Below are positions 44,951 through 54,962 of a DNA stretch of 64,000 nt, piece after piece. Origin of the DNA: Spirochaetia bacterium. GTDB taxonomy: Bacteria > Spirochaetota > Spirochaetia > SZUA-6 > Bin103. Where the stretch lies: contig OZ241863.1 of NCBI GenBank assembly GCA_965203055.1, positions 3,584,001 through 3,648,000 of the forward strand, given 5' to 3'. The notes below the pieces were generated by a model. The model did no database searches. It saw only the letters and a list, made by a program, of their open reading frames with translations, and had not been told where the DNA came from. The translations under genes and the position numbers were made by a program. The stretch's first letter is position 1. Each line of letters opens with the position of its first letter.

Positions 44951-46267
44951 ATGGCAACCGAGACGATCATCAACATGGAAGGGGCGCGCATCAAGTTCGG
45001 GGCCGGCGCCACGCGCGAGCTGGGCTTCGAGTTGCGCGCCCTGGGCGTGCGCCGCGCGCTGCTGGTCACCGACCCGGTGCTGGCGCAGTTGGAGCCGGTG
45101 GCGGTGGCGCGCGAGTCGCTGCGCGGCGCCGGCATCGACACGGTCTGCTACGCGGAGACGCGGGTAGAGCCCAGCGACGCCTCGTTCCGGGAAGCAATCC
45201 GCGCCGCCCGGGAGAGCGGCTGCGACGGGTTCGCCGCGGTGGGAGGCGGTTCCAGCATCGACACCGCCAAGGCCGCCAATCTCTACACCACCTACCCGGC
45301 GGAGCTGCTGGCCTACGTCAATCAGCCGATTGGCCGCGGCGAGCCGGTGCCGGGACCGCTCAAGCCGCTGGTGGCGGTGCCCACTACCGCCGGCACCGGC
45401 AGCGAAACCACTGGCGTGACGATATTCGATTACCTGGCGATGGGCGCCAAGACCGGGATCGCCCATCGCGCGCTGCGGCCGGTGCTGGGCATCGTCGACC
45501 CGGACAACACCCGGACCCTGCCGCCGGCGGTGGCGGCCAGCACCGGGCTGGACGTACTCTGCCACGCCGTCGAGTCGTTCACCGCGCTGCCCTATACGGC
45601 GCGCGAGGCGCCGGCGGAGCCGGCGTTGCGGCCCGCCTACCAGGGCGCCAATCCGATCAGCGATCTGTGGGCCGAGCGCGCTATCGAGCTGGTGGCGCAA
45701 CACCTGGTGCGGGCGGTGCGCGACCCGGGCGACGGCGCGGCGCGCACCGCCATGCTGCTGGCCGCCACCTTCGCGGGCTACGGCTTCGGCAACGCCGGCG
45801 TGCACCTGCCGCACGGCATGTCCTATCCGGTATCCAGCATGGTCGCGGGCCGGCAGACCGGCGCCGCCCGGCAGACCGCGGGCGGCGGCTACCATGCGCC
45901 CGGCTACCCGGACGATCACCCGATGCTGCCGCACGGCATGTCGGTCATCCTCAACGCGCCGGCCGTGTTCCGCTTCACCGCCCCCGCCAACCCGGAGCGC
46001 CACCTGCGCGCCGCGCGGCTGATGGGCGCCGCGGTGGAGGGCGTGGACCGCTCCGGCGCGGGCGCCGCGCTCGCCGATGCCATCATCGACCTGATGCGGG
46101 CGGTCGCCGTACCCTCCGGGTTGGCCGCCGTAGGATTCACCCCGGAACACGTTCCGGCGCTGGTAGCGGGCACCCTGCCGCAGCACCGGGTCACCAAGCT
46201 GGCGCCGCGCCCGGCCTCCGAGGCCGATCTGCGAGCCCTGTTCACGGACGCCCTCCGCCATTGGTAG
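44951..46267 (+). CDS. Hydroxyacid-oxoacid transhydrogenase (iron-containing ADH family)
   Basis: GGGSSIDTAKAANLY, PTTAGTGSETT, PAYQGANPISD, FGNAGVHLPHGMSY. Confidence 0.88.
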   Translation: MATETIINMEGARIKFGAGATRELGFELRALGVRRALLVTDPVLAQLEPVAVARESLRGAGIDTVCYAETRVEPSDASFREAIRAARESGCDGFAAVGGGSSIDTAKAANLYTTYPAELLAYVNQPIGRGEPVPGPLKPLVAVPTTAGTGSETTGVTIFDYLAMGAKTGIAHRALRPVLGIVDPDNTRTLPPAVAASTGLDVLCHAVESFTALPYTAREAPAEPALRPAYQGANPISDLWAERAIELVAQHLVRAVRDPGDGAARTAMLLAATFAGYGFGNAGVHLPHGMSYPVSSMVAGRQTGAARQTAGGGYHAPGYPDDHPMLPHGMSVILNAPAVFRFTAPANPERHLRAARLMGAAVEGVDRSGAGAALADAIIDLMRAVAVPSGLAAVGFTPEHVPALVAGTLPQHRVTKLAPRPASEADLRALFTDALRHW

Positions 46268-46306
46268 CGGACCGGCCAGATTGGTCGCTGCGGGTAGCCG
46301 GCGGCC

Positions 46307-47170
46307 TTACTCCGGTTCGTACCAACCGGAGCCGAAGATCAACCCGTCGCGGCGTATCACCCAACTGTGCTTGGACCCCTCCGCTCCGGTGACCGGATTG
46401 CGGTACCGGTAATCCACCCACACGCCCTCCTCGGTCGCGGCGGCTATCTCGGCGCCGAAGGCGTAGCCGCTCGAATCGATGCCTTCCGGGCCGTACAGGC
46501 TCTTGCCCAGCAGGCCAGGAGCGGTCGCGTGCGCGATCAGGATGCCATTCTGGTCGACAATGAACACGTACCACTCGCCGTCCACGCTCGCCATGCGGTT
46601 GTAGTAAGCCAGCGTGGCCGCGCGGCCCGCCTTGTCGTAGTACGCAAGTGCCTTCCGTACGAAGGCCTGGGTGAACGCCTCCGGCTCTGACTGCGGGGGA
46701 TCGGGTTCATACCAGCCGGAGCCGAAGATCAACCCGCCGCGGCGCACTACCCAGCTATGCTTGGTTCCCGGCTTGCCGGTGACGGGATTGAGGAACAGGT
46801 AGTCCACCCACGTGCCCTCCGCCGGCGCGGCGGTCATCACCGGGCCGAAGGCGTAGCCGGTCGCGTCGGTGCCGTCCGGGCCGTGCAGGCTGTTGCCCAA
46901 CAGGTGAGGGGCGGTCGCGTGCGCCAGCAACACGCCGTCCTCGTCGAAGATGAACACGTACCACTCGCCGTCCACGCTCGCCTCGCCGTTGTAGTAGGCC
47001 AGCGTGGCGGCGCGGCCGTCGCGCTCGTAGCGCTCGATCGCCTGCTGGACGAATGCCTGGGTATACAGGCCGGGCGTGGATTGAGAGACCTCCACCGGCG
47101 CCGCGACCGCGTGCGCGGCAATCAAAAGCAGGGCTCCGGCCACGCCGATTAGCGAATTAGCTCGTACCAT
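46307..47170 (-). CDS. Secreted protein with two tandem single-Cache domains
   Basis: Signal peptide followed by two ~130-aa repeats (DGEWYVFI…HAT…WVDY…NPVTG…KHSWV…FGSGWY). DNA repeat period is 390 bp (46561 vs 46951). Confidence 0.85.
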   Translation of the reverse strand: MVRANSLIGVAGALLLIAAHAVAAPVEVSQSTPGLYTQAFVQQAIERYERDGRAATLAYYNGEASVDGEWYVFIFDEDGVLLAHATAPHLLGNSLHGPDGTDATGYAFGPVMTAAPAEGTWVDYLFLNPVTGKPGTKHSWVVRRGGLIFGSGWYEPDPPQSEPEAFTQAFVRKALAYYDKAGRAATLAYYNRMASVDGEWYVFIVDQNGILIAHATAPGLLGKSLYGPEGIDSSGYAFGAEIAAATEEGVWVDYRYRNPVTGAEGSKHSWVIRRDGLIFGSGWYEPE

Positions 47171-47228
47171 AACTACAGTCTATACCGGACTCTTGACGGC
47201 GCGGTCAAACCTGGCCAATCGACCCGCC

Positions 47229-47708
47229 TCAGTGGCCGGCCGGCGTGCCGGCAACCCCCACCTGCACGATGCGCGGCTGGTCGATTCCCGCCGCCCCGAC
47301 GTACTTGAAGGGCATCCCGTCGAGCTCGCGGGGCTGGGTATCCTGGGCGACGACAGCCGCATCGCCTGACAGCAACACCGCAAAGGGGGCGGCCTGCGTG
47401 CCGGCGCCCGGATCGGTGGGGAACGCGAACTCCGTGCCGGGCACGTTGGTGAAGACGATCCGTCCGTCGGCGTCCGAGATCCAGAACTCGTCGATGACCG
47501 TCTGCGCCGCGATCCGGGACAACGCGGCGTTGATTTCCTCCGGCGTCATGCCGGCCTGCAGCGCGGCGTCGATATAATGGGCGGTGAGGGTGGCCTCGGC
47601 GATCATGTGATCGGAGACCACGTCGGAAACGGCCGACATGCGGGCATTGCTGACGCATCCGGTGGCAAAGGCGACCGCGAGCAGCACGGCGCCGGCTATC
47701 CTGGTCAT
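47229..47708 (-). CDS. Putative lipoprotein with Cache/PAS-like fold
   Basis: Lipobox-like ATGC, DEFWISDADGRIVFTN…FKYVG…IVQVG, GGAGG RBS. Confidence 0.6.
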   Translation of the reverse strand: MTRIAGAVLLAVAFATGCVSNARMSAVSDVVSDHMIAEATLTAHYIDAALQAGMTPEEINAALSRIAAQTVIDEFWISDADGRIVFTNVPGTEFAFPTDPGAGTQAAPFAVLLSGDAAVVAQDTQPRELDGMPFKYVGAAGIDQPRIVQVGVAGTPAGH

Positions 47709-47830
47709 GTTCCAGCCTCCTGTACCGCTACCGTAATCGTTTCCCGCACCTGGCGCCAGCGCCGGCTGCGGTGCGCGCCGGCGCCAACCGCGCACCAAGT
47801 ATACTTTACCTGGAGGACCTTGGAGGACAC

Positions 47831-48892
47831 ATGACTATCCGAACCATGTTATTCGCCCTCGTCGGCGGGCTGACACTCCCGGCGGCGATCGCTGCCCAGC
47901 AAGCACCGGTCACCAACCTGACCATGGACGAGATATTGGCCGCGGCGGAACCGGCGAACCCGGAGCTGGCGTCCCTGGCGCTGCAACGCGAGAGCGCGCG
48001 CGTCGCGTTCGACCGCGCGGCGGCAGCCTCGGATGCCCGCCTCGACCAGCTTGCCGCGGAGCTGCAGTGGGAACGAGCGCAGCTCAATGTCCGCCAGGGA
48101 ACGTTCCGCGAGCGGCTGGCCATAGCGCAGGCCTATACCGATCTGCAGCAGGCGAACGAGGAGGTGAGCCTGCTGGAAGAGCGGCTGCGCCTGGCGCGGC
48201 TCGACTTGCAGTTGACCAACGCCCGCGTCGAGGTTGGCGCGGCCGGCACGGTGGAGCAGTTGCAGGCGCAGGTAGCGGCGCTCACCGCGGAGCTGAACCT
48301 GACCGGAGCGCGGAACCGGCGGCGCTTCACCACCCTGCCGAACCTGGCGGCCAAGAGCGGCCTGGATTCCACGGTCCTGGCAGCGGCCGCGCTCAGCTCG
48401 GAGCCGCCCGAACTGCCCGCTTTGGAGACTCCTGACAGCTACGCCGCCGCCACCGCGCGGCGGGTAGAACATCGCCACGCAGCCCGGCAGTTGGAACTCG
48501 ACGAGCTCAACCTGAACCTGTTGTCCGCCGAGGAAACGTCCCGGCTCGATCGGGAAGCGGCGGCCAACACCGCGGCCGGCAGCCGGGCGGCGCTGGAAAA
48601 TACCGCCGTCGACTTGCAGACCACGACCGCCGGCGCCTACGCGGCGGCGCAGCAGGCATACGCAACCGCCGCCCTGCGCGAGTTGCAGCTCGCGCTGCAG
48701 CAGGAACGGACGCGCCGGACCGACGAGCAGTTCGCCGCCGGCGTGATCACGCAATCCTCCCGCGCCAGCTCGCAGGCCGATCTGACCGCGGCGGTCAACG
48801 CGCTGCGCGCGGCGCGGTGGTCGGCCTACTTCGCGTGGCTGCGCCTGCAGGAGGCCGCGGGCATCGCCGCGCCGGTCGCGGGGGTGGAGTGA
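47831..48892 (+). CDS. TolC family outer-membrane efflux protein (divergent)
   Basis: Signal peptide, two OEP-like helical repeats, GGAGG RBS, TATACT upstream. Confidence 0.7.
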   Translation: MTIRTMLFALVGGLTLPAAIAAQQAPVTNLTMDEILAAAEPANPELASLALQRESARVAFDRAAAASDARLDQLAAELQWERAQLNVRQGTFRERLAIAQAYTDLQQANEEVSLLEERLRLARLDLQLTNARVEVGAAGTVEQLQAQVAALTAELNLTGARNRRRFTTLPNLAAKSGLDSTVLAAAALSSEPPELPALETPDSYAAATARRVEHRHAARQLELDELNLNLLSAEETSRLDREAAANTAAGSRAALENTAVDLQTTTAGAYAAAQQAYATAALRELQLALQQERTRRTDEQFAAGVITQSSRASSQADLTAAVNALRAARWSAYFAWLRLQEAAGIAAPVAGVE

Positions 48893-50307
48893 GACGTTGC
48901 CGGTGGTTGCCGGCGCTGCTTGGCCTGACCGCGGCACTGCCGGCGGTCGCGCAGGAAGGGCTGCGCATCGGCGACGCCGTGAGCGCAGCGCTCGCCGGCC
49001 ACCGGTCGGTAGCCGCGGCGGAAGGGGCGGTACGGTCCGCGGCGCTCGCCCTGCGGCTGGCGGAGCTCGACGCCGGCCGCACCTCGGTATCGGTCAGCGC
49101 GACCCCGGCCGCGGGCGTAGAGCTGGCGACGCTGCAGACTGACACGTTCGCGGCGGAGGGCAGCGCCACGGTCGGCGCCGCGGTCACCTTGCCGTGGGGA
49201 ATGGAGCTGGCGGGCAGTTACACGGCCGCGGTCAACCTGACCGGTACGGAGCGGAACGGCGACGGCTTCGCCGACGTGCACAGCGTGTCGGTTTCCCAGG
49301 AGCTGCTGTCCGAGGGGCGGTTGGCGCCCGCGGCGCTGGCGGTTGCCGAGCGCGGCGACCAGCTCCGCCTGGCCGGGCTGCGCCTGCAGCGCACCCGCAA
49401 TGAAGTGGTGTTGCAGGCCGCGCAGACCTTCCTGACCCTGGCCGCTCGGGCGGCGGCGGTCACGCTGCTGGAGGAGCGGCTGGCGCTGGCCGAGCGCGAC
49501 CTGACGCGCGTCGAGTCGCGGGCAGCGCAGCAGGCGGCCGACCGGCTTGAGGTGCTGGACGCGGCCATTGCCGTCACCGAGCAGCGCAACTCCCTCAAGG
49601 AGCTGCGCGCCGCGCTCGCGCTCGACACCGGCCAGTTCTTTGCCGACCTGGAGCTCGCGCCGCAACCGTTACTTGCGCCCGCGGCCGACTTGGCGGCGCT
49701 GCGCAGCGGCGCGCACGCGCTGCTTGCGGAGCCGATGCCGCCGAGCGCACTGGCCGGTGCGCCGGCGGTCCTGGAAGCCGAGGCCGCCCTGCGCAGCGCC
49801 GAGTTGCAGGCCGAGCGCGCGCAGCGCGGCGTGCTGCCGGAGCTCACGCTCAGCCTGGACTACCGTAAGCCGCGCTCGGCGCCGCGTCTCGGCTCGCTCA
49901 GCCTGTCGGTTACCGGCAGCTACGCGTTGTTCGACGGCGGCCGCAATGCGGTCGCCGCGGACCAGGCGCAGGAGCAGGCGGCGGCCGCTCGCCGGACCCT
50001 GGAGGCGACCCGAATCGAGGTAGCCGGCGCCTTCCGGCGCGCCCGCCTCGAACTCACCAGCGCCCTGGCGGCCGAAGAACTGGCGCGCCTGCGGCTGGAG
50101 CGGGCACGGCTGCGGCTGGAGCAGGCACGGCGGCGCCACGCCGCCGGCGCGGTCAGCGATACCGCGCTGCAGGAAGCGGTCCTGCTGCTGCGCGAGGCGG
50201 AGGATGCCGCCGGCGCGGCCGCGCTCGCCCTGGGAGGCGCCTACCTGGCACTTGCCATCGATCTCCGGCTGGACCTGCAACGGGAACTGGCAGCCATCGT
50301 CCGCTGA
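48889..50307 (+). CDS. TolC family outer-membrane efflux protein
   Basis: GTGA overlap, LPELTLS…LFDGG motif, OEP repeats. Confidence 0.75.
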   Translation: MRRCRWLPALLGLTAALPAVAQEGLRIGDAVSAALAGHRSVAAAEGAVRSAALALRLAELDAGRTSVSVSATPAAGVELATLQTDTFAAEGSATVGAAVTLPWGMELAGSYTAAVNLTGTERNGDGFADVHSVSVSQELLSEGRLAPAALAVAERGDQLRLAGLRLQRTRNEVVLQAAQTFLTLAARAAAVTLLEERLALAERDLTRVESRAAQQAADRLEVLDAAIAVTEQRNSLKELRAALALDTGQFFADLELAPQPLLAPAADLAALRSGAHALLAEPMPPSALAGAPAVLEAEAALRSAELQAERAQRGVLPELTLSLDYRKPRSAPRLGSLSLSVTGSYALFDGGRNAVAADQAQEQAAAARRTLEATRIEVAGAFRRARLELTSALAAEELARLRLERARLRLEQARRRHAAGAVSDTALQEAVLLLREAEDAAGAAALALGGAYLALAIDLRLDLQRELAAIVR

Positions 50308-50337
50308 CTACCGCAGCGGCGGTCGAGATGGCGGCGC

Positions 50338-51858
50338 TCAGCCGCCGAAGCCGCCGCCACCACCCCCTCCGGGGCCACCACCGCCACCACCGCCGAACAG
50401 CGCCCGCGGGCCGCCGATCGCCTGGAGCTGCTCTTGCAGAAACTGCAGACGTTTCTCCTCATCGTTCTCCAGGGACGGGTCTTCCTCGAGGCGCGCTTCG
50501 TAGGCCTGTTTGACCTGGGGATTGGCCAGCAGCCGTTCCACCAGCGCCTGGCGGCGTTCCGCCGGTAGCTGCGCCAGGCTGAAGCCGCCGCCCGCGCCAC
50601 CGCCTCCGCCGGCCCGCCCGCCGCCGCCAGCGCCCTGACCGCCGGCGGCCGCTTGGCCCTGCCCCGCGCCGGCAGCCGCGGCGGGGCGGCCGGAGGGCGC
50701 TGCGTCCGGCAACGGTTCGCCGGCGGCGCGTACCGGGGCGCCGTCGCGCAACGACTCCTGCCCTACGGTCACCACCACCGCGCCCGCGGCCAAGCCGCTG
50801 GTAATCTCTACCAGGTCCTCGGCCGTCAGCCCCACCGCCACCGGCGTGCGCAGCGCGGCGCCCTCTTCGACCCGGTAGACGATGCTCTGGTCGCGCTCCA
50901 GCAGCACCGCCCGCTTGGGAACCACCACCACGTCGGACCGGGTTTCGGTGGGCACCTGCACGGTGACGAACGTGCCCGGCACCAGCTCGCCGGCGGGGCC
51001 GGCGCCGTCCAGCTCCACCGTGACCTTCACGGTGCCCGACTCCGCGTCCACCACCGGGCTGACGCGGCTGATGACGCCGCCCGCGCGCACGTCACCGGCG
51101 GCCAGCACCCGCACCTCCCGGCCCACGGTCATGCTGCGCCGCCCGGCGTCAGGAACGTGCAATACCGCCTGCAGCGGATCGGGATCCAGCACGTTGAACA
51201 CTCGCGTACTCGCGCCGATCGTAGCCCCCGGTTCCACCGACCGCTCGCCGACGATGCCGGTCAGCGGCGAGCGTATCTCGGTGTCGGTGAGCTGCTGCCG
51301 GGAACGCTCCACGGCGATGGTGCGCAGCTCGAGCTGGTAGCGCTGATTCTCCAGTTCCTGATCGGTGACGCCGCCATGCTGCGCCAGCTCGGTAGTGCGG
51401 GCGTATTGCCGCCGGATGTTGTCGTAGTGCGCCTGGGCCTCGGCCAGCGCCAGGCGCGCGTCGCTTTGATCCAGCCGCGCCAGCACCTGTCCCGCGCGCA
51501 CCGCGTCCCCCTCCTCGACCAGGACCTCGACCACCTGGCCGCCGGCGCGCGCCACCACGTCGATGGAGCGCTCCGCAGTCAGGGTGGTGGTGGCCACCAG
51601 GAAGCTGGACACCGTTTCGCGCGCCGCCTCCGCGGTCACCACCGGGAGCGCCGCGGTCTGGCCGCCGAACCCGCCGACGCCGCCGCCCGGCGCACCGCCG
51701 GAGCCCGGCGCACCGCCGGAGCCGCTCGCCGCGCCGCCGGAACCGCCCAGCAGGTTGCTCACCACACCGCAGCCGGAAAGCGCCGCGGCCGCGGCCAGCA
51801 CCGCCAGCCCGGCCAGCGCCGAGCCGGGTGCCGTCGTTCGCCGCCGCCGGCGCGTCAC
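50338..51858 (-). CDS. RND efflux periplasmic adaptor (membrane fusion protein), lipoprotein with Gly-rich tails
   Basis: LSGC lipobox, VEEGDAVRAGQVLARLD, IRSPLTG, SPVVDAESGT. GTGA overlap with the RND stop. Confidence 0.88.
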   Translation of the reverse strand: MTRRRRRTTAPGSALAGLAVLAAAAALSGCGVVSNLLGGSGGAASGSGGAPGSGGAPGGGVGGFGGQTAALPVVTAEAARETVSSFLVATTTLTAERSIDVVARAGGQVVEVLVEEGDAVRAGQVLARLDQSDARLALAEAQAHYDNIRRQYARTTELAQHGGVTDQELENQRYQLELRTIAVERSRQQLTDTEIRSPLTGIVGERSVEPGATIGASTRVFNVLDPDPLQAVLHVPDAGRRSMTVGREVRVLAAGDVRAGGVISRVSPVVDAESGTVKVTVELDGAGPAGELVPGTFVTVQVPTETRSDVVVVPKRAVLLERDQSIVYRVEEGAALRTPVAVGLTAEDLVEITSGLAAGAVVVTVGQESLRDGAPVRAAGEPLPDAAPSGRPAAAAGAGQGQAAAGGQGAGGGGRAGGGGGAGGGFSLAQLPAERRQALVERLLANPQVKQAYEARLEEDPSLENDEEKRLQFLQEQLQAIGGPRALFGGGGGGGPGGGGGGGFGG

Positions 51859-54800
51859 GAGCCCGCCTCCCCGCCGCTCAGGGGCCGGGGAGCGGGACGC
51901 ATCGCCCACGCCACCCGCCTGAGAAACTCGGCCAGATCGTCGAACAGCGCGTAGATGGTCGGCATCACCACCAGGGTCATGAAGGTGGAGGTGGTCAGGC
52001 CGCCGACCACGGCCAGCGCGATCGGCCCCCAGGTACCCGCGCGCCCCTCCACCGGACCGAACATGCCCGGCGCGATCAGCGGCGCCACCAGCGGGAACAA
52101 CCCCAGCAGCGTGGTGCAGGCGGTAATGAGAATCGGCCGCAGGCGGTCGCGCCCGCCGGTGATGATCGCCTCGGTGCGCGCCATCCCGCTCGCGCGCAGG
52201 CGGTTGACGTGATCCACCAGGATGATGCCGTTATTCACCACCACCCCGGCCAGGACCATGATGCCGAGCCAGGAGTTGGTGTTGAGCGTGGTCCCCGTAA
52301 GGTAGAACAGCAGGGCCACGCCGAGCAGCGAGAACGGCAGCGAGGTGAGAATGGTGATCGGGTGCACGAACGACTCGAACAGCGCCGCCATCACCAGATA
52401 GATGAACGCCGCGGCCAACAGCAGGGCGAACAGCGACGCCTGTTCCGATTGCTGGAAGCGGCGGAAGTTCTGCCCTGTCTCCGCGCTGTAGCCGGGCGGG
52501 AGCTGCTGCCGGCTGAGCAGGCCCTCGATCTGGCCGCGCAGGCGGAACATGCCGCGCAGGTCGGTGTTGGCGGTCACCGAGACGATCTCGCTGCCGCCGT
52601 CGCGCTGGATGGAGCGCGGACCCGGACGGCGCTCGAAGGCGGCCACCGTTCCCAGCGGCACCGCGCCGGCGCCCTGCTCCACCGGGAGCTGCGCCAGGCC
52701 GTTCAGGTCCACGCGCGCGGTCTCGGTCACGCGTACCCGGATCGGCAGCTCTTCGCCGCCCGCGGCCAGCATGCCGGCGGCGCTGTCGCTCAGGTTGGCG
52801 CTCAGGAGCTGCCCCACCTCGGTGGCGGTCAGATCGGCGGCGGTGGCGCGGTCGCGGTTGACCCGTACCTGGAGCTGCTCATCTCCCGATTCCAGGTTGG
52901 TGCTCACGTCGTCGACGCCCGGCAGGGCCGCCAGCCGGGCGCTGATGTCCTCGGCGAACAGCGCCAGCACCTCGGTGTTGGGTCCGGTGACGTCCACCGA
53001 CACGCCCAGCGCGCCGCCGCCGCCGCGGCCCCAGCGCCGTCCCACGGAGAAGGTGTAGCCGGGGAGCCGGGGCAGGAGTCCGCGGATCTCGTTGGTCAGG
53101 TCGGCGGTGGTGCGCTGCGCCGCGGCATCGTCCCGGAAGTACACGGTCACGTTGCCGCTGCGGGCAGAGAAGTTCGCCGCCACGGCGTCGATTTCCAGTT
53201 CCTCGGTGCGCGCCAGCAGATCGCGTTCGAACGCATCGAACACCGCCCGGGTCTCGGCGAAGGTCACGCCGTTCTCGGCGCTCACCGCGATCGACATGCG
53301 CCGCGCCGGGGTGGGCGGCGTGAACTCGCGCTCGATCTGGGTGAGCAGATAGATGCCGCCGCCGAGCATCACCAGCATACCGGCGACGGTGATCAGGCGA
53401 TGGCGCAGCGTCCAGCGCAGCACCGCGCGGTAGGCCGCGGACAGGGCGTCCATCACGCGGTGGCGGGTGGCGCCGGCCGCCACCAGGAAGCGCGAGCTGA
53501 CCACCGGGATCAGGCTCAGCGAAATCGCCAGCGAGGCGACCATGGCGGCCACCATGGTGGTGGCGAAGTCGCCCATGAAGCGCCCGAAGGGAGTGGCCGC
53601 AGTGAACAGGACCGGCACGAACACGATGATCGAGGTGACGGTGGCCGCCAGCACCGGGGTGGTCACCGCGCCGGCGCCGCGAATCGCCGCCGCGCGCGGC
53701 GCCAGGCCGCGCTCCCGATAGCGGTAGATGTTCTCCAGCACTACCACGCTGTTGTCCACCAGCATCCCCACCGCCAGCATCAGCCCGCTCAGCGAGATCA
53801 CGTTGAGCGAGAAGTTGAGCCCGCCCACGCGCCGCATCAGGAACACCACGGTGAAGGTGGCGATGATGGAGATCGGGATGGCGATGGCCACCACCAGCGT
53901 CGCCCGCACCCGCAGCAGGAAGGCGAACAGCACCAGCACCGCCAGGCCGGCGCCGATCAGGCCCGAGTTGCGCAGGTTGTTCAGGCTGGTGGTGATCTCC
54001 TGCGACTGGTCGAAGAACACGAAGGTGGTCAGGCCCGGGGCCGCCGCCTCGATGGCCGCCAACTGCGCGCGCGCGGCGCGTACCACGTTCACCACGTTGG
54101 CATCGGAGCTCTTCGACACGCGCACCGTGATCGCCTCCGCCAGGTTGAGCCGTTGCACGCTCTCCTGGTCGCCCACGCCGCGGCGCACCACGCCCACGTC
54201 GCCGACCCGGGCGCCGCCGGCGCCGGCAAGCGGCAGCGCGGCGATCTCGTCGAGGTCGGTGAACGCCCCCACCGAACGCACGAAGTAGCGCCGCCCGCCG
54301 TCGATCAGATAGCCGCCGGCGAGGTCCACGTTGTTGGCGCGCAGGCTGCGGGTCAGCTCATCGACGCTTACCCCGAGGGCGGCCATCGCCTGCGGATCGA
54401 GGTCGATCATCACCTGTTCGGCCTGCAGGCCGCGCACCTCCACGTCGGCTACCCCGTCGAGGCGCAGCAGGCGCGGTACGATCAGGTCTTCGGTGAGGCG
54501 TTCCAGCTCGACGCGGGAGCCGCCGGTGGCCACGCTGAACTGCAGGATCGGGATGTCGGAGGTGGAGAAGTTGGACACCCGAATGCGCCCCACGCCCTCC
54601 GGCAGGTCGGCGCGGATGCGGTCGATGCGGTCGCGGATCTCCGCCGCGGCCAAGTCCATGTCGGTGCCGATGACGAACTGGGCGCGAATCCGCGCCGAGC
54701 TGGCCGAGGAGGTTGAACTGACCGACTCGATCCCGCCCACGCCGCCGACGGCGCCCTCGATCGGCCCGGCGACGCGCCGCTCCACCTCCTCCGGCGAGGA

Positions 54801-54962
54801 GTTGGGAAACGGCGCCGTGACCGTCAGCGCCGGGCTCTCGATCTCGGGCAGGAACAGCAGCGGCAGGCGGCCGATGGCGAAGAAGCCGAACAGGCTGACC
54901 GCGGCGATCACCAGGATCACGGCCAGCGGGCGGCGTACGGAAAACTCGGCAAGCGACGTCAT
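51855..54962 (-). CDS. RND efflux permease (AcrB family)
   Basis: GMLVDNSVVVLENI, GVVVNNGI, RLRPILIT. ATGA overlap with the upstream RND gene. Confidence 0.92.
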   Translation of the reverse strand: MTSLAEFSVRRPLAVILVIAAVSLFGFFAIGRLPLLFLPEIESPALTVTAPFPNSSPEEVERRVAGPIEGAVGGVGGIESVSSTSSASSARIRAQFVIGTDMDLAAAEIRDRIDRIRADLPEGVGRIRVSNFSTSDIPILQFSVATGGSRVELERLTEDLIVPRLLRLDGVADVEVRGLQAEQVMIDLDPQAMAALGVSVDELTRSLRANNVDLAGGYLIDGGRRYFVRSVGAFTDLDEIAALPLAGAGGARVGDVGVVRRGVGDQESVQRLNLAEAITVRVSKSSDANVVNVVRAARAQLAAIEAAAPGLTTFVFFDQSQEITTSLNNLRNSGLIGAGLAVLVLFAFLLRVRATLVVAIAIPISIIATFTVVFLMRRVGGLNFSLNVISLSGLMLAVGMLVDNSVVVLENIYRYRERGLAPRAAAIRGAGAVTTPVLAATVTSIIVFVPVLFTAATPFGRFMGDFATTMVAAMVASLAISLSLIPVVSSRFLVAAGATRHRVMDALSAAYRAVLRWTLRHRLITVAGMLVMLGGGIYLLTQIEREFTPPTPARRMSIAVSAENGVTFAETRAVFDAFERDLLARTEELEIDAVAANFSARSGNVTVYFRDDAAAQRTTADLTNEIRGLLPRLPGYTFSVGRRWGRGGGGALGVSVDVTGPNTEVLALFAEDISARLAALPGVDDVSTNLESGDEQLQVRVNRDRATAADLTATEVGQLLSANLSDSAAGMLAAGGEELPIRVRVTETARVDLNGLAQLPVEQGAGAVPLGTVAAFERRPGPRSIQRDGGSEIVSVTANTDLRGMFRLRGQIEGLLSRQQLPPGYSAETGQNFRRFQQSEQASLFALLLAAAFIYLVMAALFESFVHPITILTSLPFSLLGVALLFYLTGTTLNTNSWLGIMVLAGVVVNNGIILVDHVNRLRASGMARTEAIITGGRDRLRPILITACTTLLGLFPLVAPLIAPGMFGPVEGRAGTWGPIALAVVGGLTTSTFMTLVVMPTIYALFDDLAEFLRRVAWAMRPAPRPLSGGEAGS

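Noticed and set aside
43238..46267. 1009-aa ORF, and similar extensions at 51855-55541 and 61113-63698
   Set aside because: The upstream parts are off-frame read-through of neighbouring genes, common in high-GC DNA.
50338..50700. GC-rich simple repeats
   Set aside because: Explained by Gly/Ala-rich low-complexity coding sequence in the membrane fusion protein.
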